Shown: piece after piece, positions 48,355-58,181 of the stretch
Layout: every line of letters starts with the position of its first letter
Numbering within the stretch: position 1 is the stretch's first letter
Assembly: GCA_016927065.1 (NCBI GenBank)
Contig: JAFGNJ010000019.1
Location: 4,491 to 68,490, forward strand
Reading direction: 5' to 3'
From: Deltaproteobacteria bacterium
GTDB taxonomy: Bacteria; Desulfobacterota; B13-G15; RBG-16-54-18
DNA length: 64,000 bases
The notes under the pieces: generated by a model
Databases searched by the model: none
The model's input: the letters and a program-made list of their open reading frames with translations, nothing else
What the model was told of the DNA's origin: nothing
Program-made: the position numbers and the translations under genes

Positions 48355-49920
48355 ATGGAACTAGAAAAAATAATTAAAAAAGTTTGGCCCCTGGTAAGGA
48401 AAAAACACCTTTTTCCCCATATACCACTGCCTTCAGTTGTTGAAGGAGGTGATGATATCGCCCTAGAGATCAAGAGCAAACAACTCCTCATCAGCAACGC
48501 CTTTTTCGAAAAACTCAAGGCCAAAATGGATGAAGAGGAAATCGTCGAAACTATTCTTGACCACGGACTTACCCATTATATGTATTGTCCCTGGGATTTT
48601 CACACCCATCTCTCTCTCTATAGCGAGGCAAAAAAAGTGGTGCACCAAAAAGAACAGGCCCAGCGGGCTACCACCTATTTCATGGATGTGGTAACTGATA
48701 CCTATTGTATCAAAGAAAAAAACACAAAAATAGCGAAATTATATAAAAACCTCCCCAAGAATGGTATGACCGAGGTCCTCACTGCCCTCTATGAAAAGAT
48801 CTGGGGGGAAGATCTGGAAAGTGGAGGGCATGAAGAACTCGTCAATCGCCTCTCCCGGATTCCTTACTTGGAACGGGCGAAATGGGGAGACAGCGTCAAA
48901 AAATTCACTCAAGTTATCCAACCCCTCCTCGAAGAAGAAGTTGAAAATACACACCAGAACTCCCAGAGAGGACCAAATCCATTAGGAGAGCATTCTCTTG
49001 ATAACTACTCTTTAGATGAAATTGACCGTGGAATGAGGGAATTCGCCTCCGCAGTGGATAACCTCCAGGAGTTCAAGGAGACGGTTGAAGATTTGCGAGA
49101 GGAATTAGAAAAAAAGGGTTACGGCACAGGCGGCATGGGCAGAGGTAGAGGCAACCACCCCCTCGATGCCAACCTCCTTTATTATATGAAGCTGGCCGAA
49201 AGCTATACACTTCCTGTTAGACAACTCCCCATCGAAAAGCGAGGATACCTTCATCCACATTCCCATAAACCCTGGGAAATAGGGAAACCCTTCGCAGATA
49301 TCGATCTATGGACCAGCTTCGGCAAAATCATGCCGGGCATGACACAAATTTGGACCAAGCAAGAGGGAGAAACTCACGGAGAGCTAGAGGGTACACCTGA
49401 TTGCCTTATTATAATCGATTCTTCCGGAAGCATGATTAATCCGAGCGAAAGGTTATCGTACGCTGTCTTGGGGGCCGCCTGTGCGTGCAATGCCTACCGC
49501 AAACAGGAATCAAAAGTGGCTGTGTATAATTTTAGTGACGCCTTACGAGGAAATAAAATTATCGTGGACTTCAACTGTGAAAAGGACCGGATTTACGCCG
49601 CCATCTGCCGATATTTCGGTGGAGGCACCGCCTTGGATTTGAATGATATTATACACCTCCTTTCACGTACCGATATTCCCGATATCTTTATCATAACGGA
49701 TATGCAGATAACAAATCTCGAAAAGGTCATCGATTTCGTCAACACGATTGAAAACAGGGTAACAGCGGTCCATGTCGGGCATAATGCCCATTCCACGCGT
49801 TTTAAGGATGGAACCAAAAAAAATAGAAATATTTCTCTTTTTAACATCAAGGAAAAAGAAGATATTCCGAAGATAATTCTTGGGAAAGTAGACGAATATT
49901 TGAACTCTCCCGTGAGATAA
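48355..49920 (+). CDS. von Willebrand factor A (MIDAS) domain protein
   Basis: IIDSSGSM, GGGT, IITD; N-terminal HGLTH. Confidence 0.8.
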   Translation: MELEKIIKKVWPLVRKKHLFPHIPLPSVVEGGDDIALEIKSKQLLISNAFFEKLKAKMDEEEIVETILDHGLTHYMYCPWDFHTHLSLYSEAKKVVHQKEQAQRATTYFMDVVTDTYCIKEKNTKIAKLYKNLPKNGMTEVLTALYEKIWGEDLESGGHEELVNRLSRIPYLERAKWGDSVKKFTQVIQPLLEEEVENTHQNSQRGPNPLGEHSLDNYSLDEIDRGMREFASAVDNLQEFKETVEDLREELEKKGYGTGGMGRGRGNHPLDANLLYYMKLAESYTLPVRQLPIEKRGYLHPHSHKPWEIGKPFADIDLWTSFGKIMPGMTQIWTKQEGETHGELEGTPDCLIIIDSSGSMINPSERLSYAVLGAACACNAYRKQESKVAVYNFSDALRGNKIIVDFNCEKDRIYAAICRYFGGGTALDLNDIIHLLSRTDIPDIFIITDMQITNLEKVIDFVNTIENRVTAVHVGHNAHSTRFKDGTKKNRNISLFNIKEKEDIPKIILGKVDEYLNSPVR

Positions 49921-49991
49921 AGGTAACACATATCTATTATCCCGATAAGAACTGTGTAATGGCTGCCAAAACTAAAATAGATTGTAAGCGA

Positions 49992-50020
49992 TTGACAGAA
50001 TGAGATGCTGTGATTATGAT
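49992..50020 (+). promoter_or_regulatory. sigma70 promoter of lon
   Basis: TTGACA-17 nt-TATGAT. Confidence 0.65.
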
Positions 50021-50064
50021 TTACCCAAGGACTATATTTCCCAAAGGTACCCAAGGAGGAAGGA

Positions 50065-52425
50065 ATGATATTCGTACCACGATCTAAAGGCGAAAAGGGG
50101 ACTGAAAAAATCTTTATCCCCAACCGCCTGCCTATACTACCCTTACGCGGAACCGTCCTTTTTCCTGAACTTATCCTCCCAATCATGGTAGGGCGTAAAA
50201 AATCCGTAAAATTGATAGACGAGGCCATGGAAGGAGACCGGATTATCGGGGTTGTAACCCAACATAGCTCTGAAGTTGAAGAACCTGATGCACATGAACT
50301 GTATGACATCGGGGTAGCAGCGCATGTGGTCCGCATGGTTCGGGAAATGGACGGAACTCAACGGGTTATCGTCCAAGGACTTGAGCGTATTAGGATTTCT
50401 CGTTATACGCAAAAAGATCCCTATTTTATAGCAGAGGTAAAGGTACTCCTAGATGAAGAGACAAGTGGAGTTGAAATCGATGCGCTCATTATGAATCTGA
50501 AAAATCTCTTTCAACGGGCGGTGGAATTAGCACCGCACCTCACCGTTGATCTGAAGAACATGGTCCTGAATATCAAGGACCCCGGTATCCTTGCCGATAT
50601 AGTTGCTTCCAACCTCAATATCAATCCAACGGAAAAACAAGAGGTATTAGAAATAGAAAACGTAAAGACACGCCTTGATAAGGTTCATCACTTGTTAGCC
50701 CGGGAGGTTCAGATATTGGAATTGGGTGACAAAATTCAAACCCAGGTTAAAGAGGACATTGACAAGACGCAACGAGAATACTATCTCCGAGAACAAATGA
50801 AGGCCATCAAAAAAGAACTGGGAGAAATAGATGATCATAGTTCCGAGTTAAAGGAGTTAAAAGAAAAGGTGGAAAGTGCGGGAATGCCCGAAGAAGCGCG
50901 CAAGGCCGCCGATAAGGAACTTGATAGACTCACCAAGATGCCGCCCGCTTCCGCCGAATATACAGTGGCTAGGACTTATCTCGATTGGCTTGTAGATCTC
51001 CCCTGGGCCAAAAGTACTGATGATAACCTCGATATTGACCATGCCCAGAAGATTTTGAACGAAGATCATTATGACTTAGAGAAGGTGAAAAAACGGATTT
51101 TAGAATATCTAGCCGTGCGCAAGTTGAAGAAGGACATGAAGGGCCCTATCCTCTGTTTTGTGGGGCCACCCGGAGTCGGGAAGACCTCCCTGGGAATGTC
51201 CATCGCCAGGGCCATGGATCGTAAGTTCACCAGGATCTCTCTAGGCGGTGTACGAGATGAGGCGGAGATCCGGGGACACAGGAGAACCTATGTCGGTGCC
51301 CTGCCAGGCAGGATCATTCAAGGCGTAAAAAAAACCGCAAGCAACAATCCTATCTTTATGCTTGATGAGGTGGATAAGATCGGCACAGATTTCAGGGGGG
51401 ATCCATCCTCTGCCCTGCTGGAGGTGCTGGACCCTGAACAGAACTTCTCATTTTCAGACCACTACATCGACATCCCCTTTGATCTCTCTAAGGTCATGTT
51501 CATCACCACGGCCAATATACTCGAGACCATTCCACCGGCCTTAAAGGACCGTATGGAGGTCTTGGAGCTGCCCGGGTACTCTGATGATGAGAAGCTGATG
51601 ATTGCCAAGCAACATCTTATCCCCAAACAGCTCAGCGAACACGGGCTCTCTGATGAGCTCCTAGAATTCAAAGATGAGCCTCTCCTGGCGATCATAAACT
51701 CCTACACGCGAGAGGCCGGGGTGCGAAACCTCGAGCGGGAGATCGCAGCAGTCTGTCGGGCAGTTGCCAAAGAGGTGGCCGAAGGAAAACAGGAAAAGGT
51801 GACGGTGCAGACGGATAAGACGGACATGCTGCATAGATTCTTAGGGCCTGTTAAGTTCTTCCCTGAGGTGGCGGAGAGGACGTCCCACCCGGGGGTGGCA
51901 ACCGGGCTTGCCTGGACTCCCACCGGCGGAGACATCATCTTCGTGGAGGCCACCAAGATGAACGGCGAAAAGGGACTCTCCCTCACCGGACAACTGGGGG
52001 AGGTGATGAAGGAATCCGCCCAGGCCGCCCTCAGTTACATCAGGTCCAAGGCCAAGGATCTGGGCATCGAGGAAAACTTCTATCAAAAAAACGATATCCA
52101 CATCCACGTCCCGGCCGGCGCCATTCCCAAAGATGGACCGTCAGCAGGGATTGCCATGTTTATAGCCCTAACTTCATTGCTGACCAATAAACCTGTGCGC
52201 AACGATGTGGCCATGACCGGTGAGATCACCTTGCGGGGTCTCATCCTCCCCGTCGGCGGTATCAAGGAGAAGGTCTTGGCGGGGAAGAGAGCAGGAATCA
52301 AAACTATCATCCTCCCTAAAAAGAACGAGAAGGACCTCGAAGAGCTGGCAGACCATGTCAAAGAGGGACTGGAATTCAAGTTTGTCCAACGGATGGATGA
52401 AGTAGTAAAAATAGCCCTCTCATAG
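50065..52425 (+). CDS. lon: ATP-dependent protease La
   Basis: LPILPLR N-domain, GPPGVGKT, LDEVDK, PKDGPSAG, GGIKEK. Confidence 0.97.
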   Translation: MIFVPRSKGEKGTEKIFIPNRLPILPLRGTVLFPELILPIMVGRKKSVKLIDEAMEGDRIIGVVTQHSSEVEEPDAHELYDIGVAAHVVRMVREMDGTQRVIVQGLERIRISRYTQKDPYFIAEVKVLLDEETSGVEIDALIMNLKNLFQRAVELAPHLTVDLKNMVLNIKDPGILADIVASNLNINPTEKQEVLEIENVKTRLDKVHHLLAREVQILELGDKIQTQVKEDIDKTQREYYLREQMKAIKKELGEIDDHSSELKELKEKVESAGMPEEARKAADKELDRLTKMPPASAEYTVARTYLDWLVDLPWAKSTDDNLDIDHAQKILNEDHYDLEKVKKRILEYLAVRKLKKDMKGPILCFVGPPGVGKTSLGMSIARAMDRKFTRISLGGVRDEAEIRGHRRTYVGALPGRIIQGVKKTASNNPIFMLDEVDKIGTDFRGDPSSALLEVLDPEQNFSFSDHYIDIPFDLSKVMFITTANILETIPPALKDRMEVLELPGYSDDEKLMIAKQHLIPKQLSEHGLSDELLEFKDEPLLAIINSYTREAGVRNLEREIAAVCRAVAKEVAEGKQEKVTVQTDKTDMLHRFLGPVKFFPEVAERTSHPGVATGLAWTPTGGDIIFVEATKMNGEKGLSLTGQLGEVMKESAQAALSYIRSKAKDLGIEENFYQKNDIHIHVPAGAIPKDGPSAGIAMFIALTSLLTNKPVRNDVAMTGEITLRGLILPVGGIKEKVLAGKRAGIKTIILPKKNEKDLEELADHVKEGLEFKFVQRMDEVVKIALS

Positions 52426-52520
52426 GCCATAGGCCGTGGGCCTGAAGTCGCAATAGACACCTCTTCTCTCGCAGGCATCTGGAACGATGTAGAACAACAA
52501 ATTTGCTTACTATTCCTAAC

Positions 52521-53618
52521 CTACTTTCGCTCGCGTAATCTCTTTATGGCAAGGCGGATGCTTGTCTGCATGCGGTCTAAGGCATTAGCCAGGTCTCCGA
52601 TCTCATCCCCTGCCTTGCTTTCTCCAATATTTACATCCAAGTTGCCCACACTGATACGGTCAGCGGCATCAGATAGCCCCTTGAGTCTTCCAGATAATCG
52701 GTAACCGTAGACAACTACAAAGAGGGCAACGAGTAGCGCTGTGGCGATTAAAATAAGCATCACGGTACGTCTCGCATGTGACGTCATCGCTATGGCCCTT
52801 TTTTCGAGCTCTGTCATCGGTAACGTAAATTCATCAAGGTACGTGGTACTGGCGATAAAGAAATCAGTTCCCTCAACAGGTACCATAACCATGTACTTTT
52901 CACGCTTATCGTACCACATATAATAACCGGCAGCCTCTTGCCCCTTCCCTTTAAAGGCGTTTACGGTAATATCATACCAGCGTTGGAAATCCTCTCCCAG
53001 GGTTTTTTTCATGGCTGCATCAATGTCCACACCAATTAAATTTTCTATTGGATGCGCCCAAAGTTTACTGATCGGTTCACTCTCTGTATGTTTGGCAACC
53101 AGACAAGTATACCCTGTTTGTCCCACCTTTTGAATCGCAATGCTTTGAAACTCAGGATAGTTTTTATAATCCTCTTTGGGGAAAGGAGGGTTCTTTGCGA
53201 GTTCAGGATGGCTCACTATATAGCGTTCAATCTCATTGGCCACAGTTCTGCCCTTTTCTGCTATCGCCTGCTCGGCCATTTTGGTAACCACCTGGGAACT
53301 CTCTTGTGTGATGAGTCCGGAAAGGGTCTTCATGTGATCCAAGTAAAAAAGACTGGCAGCGACAAAAAGGCAGATCGGAACAAAAAAGAATAGAAAAAAC
53401 ATCTTGCCTCGCAAGCCGATCCCTCGCCTCCTGGCTCCAGACGGTGGCGGAGCCGTACCAGCTGTTTCGGATGAAGCATCTTTCGTGGGATTTTTTCCTT
53501 CTTTTGGAATGGTAATGACGCTTTTACAAGATTCACATTGAAACTGAGTTATCCCCTTGTTTAAGTGCTCAGGATCTACTTGATATTTCTTCCCGCATTT
53601 TTTACAAGCAACAATCAT
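52521..53618 (-). CDS. Zinc-ribbon + TM + Cache-like sensor + TM + HAMP protein
   Basis: CKKC..CESC; VGQTGY Cache-like motif; C-terminal HAMP (DEIGDLANALDRM). Confidence 0.8.
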   Translation of the reverse strand: MIVACKKCGKKYQVDPEHLNKGITQFQCESCKSVITIPKEGKNPTKDASSETAGTAPPPSGARRRGIGLRGKMFFLFFFVPICLFVAASLFYLDHMKTLSGLITQESSQVVTKMAEQAIAEKGRTVANEIERYIVSHPELAKNPPFPKEDYKNYPEFQSIAIQKVGQTGYTCLVAKHTESEPISKLWAHPIENLIGVDIDAAMKKTLGEDFQRWYDITVNAFKGKGQEAAGYYMWYDKREKYMVMVPVEGTDFFIASTTYLDEFTLPMTELEKRAIAMTSHARRTVMLILIATALLVALFVVVYGYRLSGRLKGLSDAADRISVGNLDVNIGESKAGDEIGDLANALDRMQTSIRLAIKRLRERK

Positions 53619-54121
53619 AATTGGCCTCCTTACTGCTAGCGACTGTTTTTCAATACATTGACGTGGAGTTAAATCCTCCTCCTAAACGTCGATATACAAA
53701 TCTTCTAAAAAACAGCAGGTGTTCTTTAAATGCCGCCGTACTTTTGTAGTCTCTTTTAATCTCCCATTTTTGTTATCGCAAAAAAAAATTTTGCATGGCT
53801 TAACAATTTCCACTTGCTCATTGAACTGGTGCTTTAAATTTTATAAAAAATCACAAAAAAAATAAAGAAGTAATTGATGCCTTTAGACAATTTGTTATTT
53901 TTTTAAATACGAATTGAATATTTTTCTTGACAATTCTATAGGTCTTCTCATTAAACTGAGGATTGTCTCAACAGTCTGGATATGCTATACCTCAAAACGT
54001 GTTCTTTTCTCGAAAAACAGAATGATCTTGTAACTTTTTTTAAACCCAAACTACGCCAACGTCACGTGCTATCTGTGGTTAAAGAGGTGCAAAGCGATCT
54101 AACCAGGTATCAAGATATAAC

Positions 54122-54898
54122 GTGAAAACAGTCGCCATTATACCTGCCAGATACGGCTCCACCCGCCTGCCCGGCAAGCCTTTGATAGAGATCAAAGGGA
54201 AAACCCTCATACAGTATGTGTATGAACGGATTCAGGCATCGTCCGTCCAGCAGGTCATCGTCGCCACCGACGATGAGCGGATAGCCTCAGTTGTCAGGTC
54301 ATTCGGCGGAGAGACAGTGTTGACTTCTCCTCAACATCGTTCGGGTACAGAACGAGTAGCCGAAGTGGCCGCGGCTATCGACGCGCCAATCGTGGTGAAC
54401 TGCCAAGGCGATGAACCTCTTATTCAACCTGAGGCAATCGACCAGGCCATCGCAGCGTTCGCACAAGACCCGTCGATCGTAGTAACAACCCTGATAGCTC
54501 CCCTTGAGAACAGTGCTGACCTGTACAACCCCCATGTCGTCAAGGTCGTCGTAGATCACGAGGGATTCGCCCTCTACTGCTCCCGGGCACCCATTCCCTA
54601 TCCCCGGAACATATTAGAGCAGGCGGGTGAGAATTCAGGCAATGAGATCGAACTCATCAAAAACCTAGAAAAGAAGGACCTTATTGGTTACTGGCAGCAC
54701 ATCGGCCTGTACGCCTTTCGGCGGGAGTTTCTCCAGCAACTTACCACCCTCCCCCCCACACCTCTTGAAGAGCAAGAGAAATTGGAACAACTCAGGATAT
54801 TGGAAAACGGGTATAAGATCAAAACTGTTGTCTGTTCCACTCCCTCCATCGGTATCGATACACCGGAGGATATCGAGCGGTTTAAATCGCTTCTCTAA
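54122..54898 (+). CDS. kdsB: 3-deoxy-manno-octulosonate cytidylyltransferase
   Basis: IIPARYGSTRLPGKPL, SGTER, QGDEP, EKLEQLR, IDTPED. Confidence 0.97.
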   Translation: MKTVAIIPARYGSTRLPGKPLIEIKGKTLIQYVYERIQASSVQQVIVATDDERIASVVRSFGGETVLTSPQHRSGTERVAEVAAAIDAPIVVNCQGDEPLIQPEAIDQAIAAFAQDPSIVVTTLIAPLENSADLYNPHVVKVVVDHEGFALYCSRAPIPYPRNILEQAGENSGNEIELIKNLEKKDLIGYWQHIGLYAFRREFLQQLTTLPPTPLEEQEKLEQLRILENGYKIKTVVCSTPSIGIDTPEDIERFKSLL

Positions 54899-55610
54899 TT
54901 TCTTGCAGGATATCCTGGGCCGCCTTCTGGGGATTAGCGGCCTCCCTGATGGGACGGCCGATGACCAGATAATCGGCCCCTGCCTGGATTGCCTCAGCAG
55001 GGGTCATCACCCTGACTTGATCATGTCGCGGGCCTTTGTATGGCCTCACCCCTGGGGTCACAATGATCATATCCTCGCCGCAGGCTCGTCGCAAAGGCTC
55101 AATCTCCAAAGGTGAAGCGACCACCCCCGTGAGGCCCGCTTGTTGAGCCAAGGTAGCCAGATGAACCACCTCTTCCTCGAGCGGAAGGGTAATACCCACG
55201 TTCTTGAGATCACCTTCCTGTAGACTCGTCAAAACGGTGACACCCAATATCATCGGAATGGGCAGGCCCTCCTTGTGGGCCGCTTCATGGGAGGCCTCTA
55301 CGGCCGCGCGCATCATCGCTAATCCGCCCAGGGCATGGAGGTTAAACATGGATACCCTGAGCCGTGTGGCCATAGCAGAGGCCCTGGCCACCGTCGCCGG
55401 GATATCGTGATATTTTAAATCCAGAAAGACCTTACTGCCTCCCTCCTGCACCATCTCCACCACCTTGGGCCCCATCCAGGTGAAGAGCTCTTTCCCTATC
55501 TTGAAGCCCCACACCGACTCCCTGAGCTCCTCAACGAATCGCTGGGCCTCTGCCCAACTCCCGACATCCAAGGCGAGGATAATGGGGTTGGCTTCACGCA
55601 CTGTCGACAT
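54882..55610 (-). CDS. pyrF: Orotidine-5'-phosphate decarboxylase
   Basis: ILALD, FLDLKYHDIPATV, VTPGVR, VIGRPI. Confidence 0.97.
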   Translation of the reverse strand: MSTVREANPIILALDVGSWAEAQRFVEELRESVWGFKIGKELFTWMGPKVVEMVQEGGSKVFLDLKYHDIPATVARASAMATRLRVSMFNLHALGGLAMMRAAVEASHEAAHKEGLPIPMILGVTVLTSLQEGDLKNVGITLPLEEEVVHLATLAQQAGLTGVVASPLEIEPLRRACGEDMIIVTPGVRPYKGPRHDQVRVMTPAEAIQAGADYLVIGRPIREAANPQKAAQDILQEIREAI

Positions 55611-55667
55611 CTCTCCTCTCACAGTTTGATGTAATCCGACACACTGGATTAAAAGAAACCGTGAAGA

Positions 55668-56816
55668 TCAAATATCACCGTTGTCCAGGGCCTGAGCAAA
55701 GGCCTCTACCATGCGCGGGTCAAACTGGGTCCCAACATTCTCTACAATCTCTGCAACCGCCTCGCTCTTGCTCACCCCCTTTTGATATGCTCGTTCATGG
55801 ATGATGGCATCGAAGGAATCGGCCACTGCAATGATCCGGGCGATCAGGGGAATTTCCTCCCCCGCGAGCCCCTCAGGATATCCGGAACCATCATAATGTT
55901 CATGGTGGTATTTGATCCCCGGTATAATGGGCCTCAACTGTTTGATGTGCCCCACGATTTCTGCGCCGGCATGGGGGTGCTCCCTAATGATCTCCATCTC
56001 CTCCACAGACAATACCCCATTCTTGCCCAGGATGTGATCAGTAATCCCCACCTTTCCTATGTCATGGAGTATGGCCGCTAGCGTAAGCTGCCTCTTTTCT
56101 TCGGGCGTCAACGACAGATAGTTGGACATCGCCATACAGATCTTCAAGACCCGCTGGGGGTGCCCGCCGGAGTAAGTGTCCCGCTTTTCGATGGCCTCTG
56201 AAAGTCCCTCAACAAGCTTTTGTGCCATCTCGTTCATTTCCGCATACAACCGGGCGTTGTCGAGGGCAATGGCAATTTGATCTGCGAGGGCTTGAAAGAG
56301 ATCGAGATCATCATGACGAAATTCCCCTTTCCGCTTGTTGATACCCTGGATGACCCCGATGATATGATCCTTAATCCGCAAGGGGACACAGATCATCGTA
56401 TGGGTGATGAAACCAGCTGCTTGATCAACCTTTTTGAAAAAACGGGGGTCCTCTTGTGCATTGGAGACGATAAGTGGCTCACCATGCATCACCACCCACC
56501 CTGCAATTCCCTCACCCTTTTTGAGCTGAAATCGCTTTACGGTTTCCCCCTTTTCACCTAAAGCGACCTCAAAGAAGAGCTCCTCCTTTTCGCCTTTCAA
56601 GAGGAGAGAGCTGGTCTCACAATCAAGGAGTTCCGTCACAGCCGCTATGGCCTTCCTCTTTACGTATTTAAAATCCAGAGATGAATTAAGGAGCCCGCTG
56701 AGCGTGGTGAGGATTTCCAATTTCCCACACCTCTCTCGTGTCCGCTCCAGCTCGCTCTGTAAAAACCCAATATCCTGCTGTGATTCTTGAGGCTCCACTG
56801 CCATGGTCTTACGCAT
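55668..56816 (-). CDS. GAF + HD-GYP phosphodiesterase
   Basis: GAF (GEGIAGWV, CVPL); LHDIGK, HHEHYDGSGYP, AVADSFDA. Confidence 0.9.
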   Translation of the reverse strand: MRKTMAVEPQESQQDIGFLQSELERTRERCGKLEILTTLSGLLNSSLDFKYVKRKAIAAVTELLDCETSSLLLKGEKEELFFEVALGEKGETVKRFQLKKGEGIAGWVVMHGEPLIVSNAQEDPRFFKKVDQAAGFITHTMICVPLRIKDHIIGVIQGINKRKGEFRHDDLDLFQALADQIAIALDNARLYAEMNEMAQKLVEGLSEAIEKRDTYSGGHPQRVLKICMAMSNYLSLTPEEKRQLTLAAILHDIGKVGITDHILGKNGVLSVEEMEIIREHPHAGAEIVGHIKQLRPIIPGIKYHHEHYDGSGYPEGLAGEEIPLIARIIAVADSFDAIIHERAYQKGVSKSEAVAEIVENVGTQFDPRMVEAFAQALDNGDI

Positions 56817-56822
56817 CCTTTG

Positions 56823-57020
56823 CTAATCAGCTTCAACTTCCTGTAACACAATTTTATCTTCGGACAAGGCCAAAACCTTGAAGGTACCTCGCAGGACTTT
56901 TTGTTCGCCAAAAATGTTCTCCAGATGCCATCTATCCCCTTCAGACTCAATGAGGTACACCGATTCTAGCAGGAGATCCACATGTCCATCCTTTTCTACA
57001 TACACATTCGCCTCACACAT
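56823..57020 (-). CDS. CooT-family nickel-binding protein
   Basis: MCEANVY...LENIFGEQK. Confidence 0.85.
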   Translation of the reverse strand: MCEANVYVEKDGHVDLLLESVYLIESEGDRWHLENIFGEQKVLRGTFKVLALSEDKIVLQEVEAD

Positions 57021-57447
57021 CGATACGCTCCTTTAATTCTTTCGAGATTAAATCTTCTACCAAATGGGGCAACGGTTGGTGGGTCACACCCACAATAGAT
57101 ACCCTTTCCTGAGAAAGGGGAAGCAAAATCTTGTGGGCGTCGCTGGATGCGATGGCCTCGGCCATGGGGGGGGTCAACTCACCCATCATGGCGTTTGCCA
57201 TTATGATGCTGATGGGGCCAATGAGATAGTCGGCCTGAGAAACCATCCGCACAATGGCATTCTCCCCGGTGGCCCCTCGATTGGCCCTCGCCTTCATCAT
57301 AGCCGCTGTGGCGATAGAATTGGTCCCCAATGCAATGATCTCTACGCGCTCTCCAAATTCTTCTTTGAGTCTTTTAACGATGGCACTCCCTATCCCACCC
57401 CCTTGCCCATCGATGACACAAATGCAAATCTTCTGCTTCCGCATCAT
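57013..57447 (-). CDS. DUF3842 family protein
   Basis: VIDGQGGGIG, ALGTN, GATGENA, GELTP. Confidence 0.85.
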   Translation of the reverse strand: MMRKQKICICVIDGQGGGIGSAIVKRLKEEFGERVEIIALGTNSIATAAMMKARANRGATGENAIVRMVSQADYLIGPISIIMANAMMGELTPPMAEAIASSDAHKILLPLSQERVSIVGVTHQPLPHLVEDLISKELKERIDV

Positions 57448-57449
57448 TA

Positions 57450-58181
57450 TTACCTTACCTCCTCTATCACCCCTGTCATCGGGACGAAAACGACACCCGT
57501 AATCCGTTGTTGATTAACCTTGCCCCCTTTTTTAGTAAGGACAGTGAGGGCCTGAAGAAATGGGTCATCACCTAAGGGGAGGATCATCCGCCCCCCTTCC
57601 TTGAGTTGCTCAATCAAGCGTTCAGGAATAGTCGGTGCAGCACAAGTTACGATAATGGCATCATAGGGGGCGTGCTCCTCCCAACCGTAAAAACCATCGC
57701 CGCACTTCACCCACACATTATGGTAACCCAACGCCTGAAGGCGTTCTTGGGCTGTCTGGGCCAACGACTCAATGATTTCGATAGAATACACTTCCTTGGT
57801 CAATTCAGCCAAGACAGCGGCCTGGTAACCAGATCCGGTGCCTATCTCTAAGACCTTTTCGTCCGGCAGAAGGTGAAGATGATAGGTCATCAGGGCCACA
57901 ATATAGGGCTGGGATATGGTCTGCTCCTCGCCGATGGGCAGCGGGCGGTCTGCATAAGCCAGGCGGCGATATTGTTCCGGAACAAAGAGGTGTCGTTCCA
58001 CCTTTAACATGGCCTGCAATAATCTCTTATCATCAATCCCCCGCCCTTGGATGTCTTCCTTGACCATCTGTTGGCGGGCGGCTTGATAAAAATCCTCTGG
58101 CCCCTCCTGGGCGGCGCAGGTGAGCAAAAACATGGAGGCCACTAAGACACAACCGAGCTTAATGAGGGAATCCATGGCCAT
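57450..58181 (-). CDS. pcm: Protein-L-isoaspartate O-methyltransferase with N-terminal signal-like extension
   Basis: QTISQPY, VLEIGTGSGYQ, APYDAI, VFVPM. Confidence 0.92.
   Translation of the reverse strand: MAMDSLIKLGCVLVASMFLLTCAAQEGPEDFYQAARQQMVKEDIQGRGIDDKRLLQAMLKVERHLFVPEQYRRLAYADRPLPIGEEQTISQPYIVALMTYHLHLLPDEKVLEIGTGSGYQAAVLAELTKEVYSIEIIESLAQTAQERLQALGYHNVWVKCGDGFYGWEEHAPYDAIIVTCAAPTIPERLIEQLKEGGRMILPLGDDPFLQALTVLTKKGGKVNQQRITGVVFVPMTGVIEEVR

Noticed and set aside
53619-54121. Riboswitch or small ORF in the long intergenic region
   Set aside because: No recognisable aptamer consensus and no convincing ORF after the AGGAGGAGG at ~53675; needs an Infernal scan.
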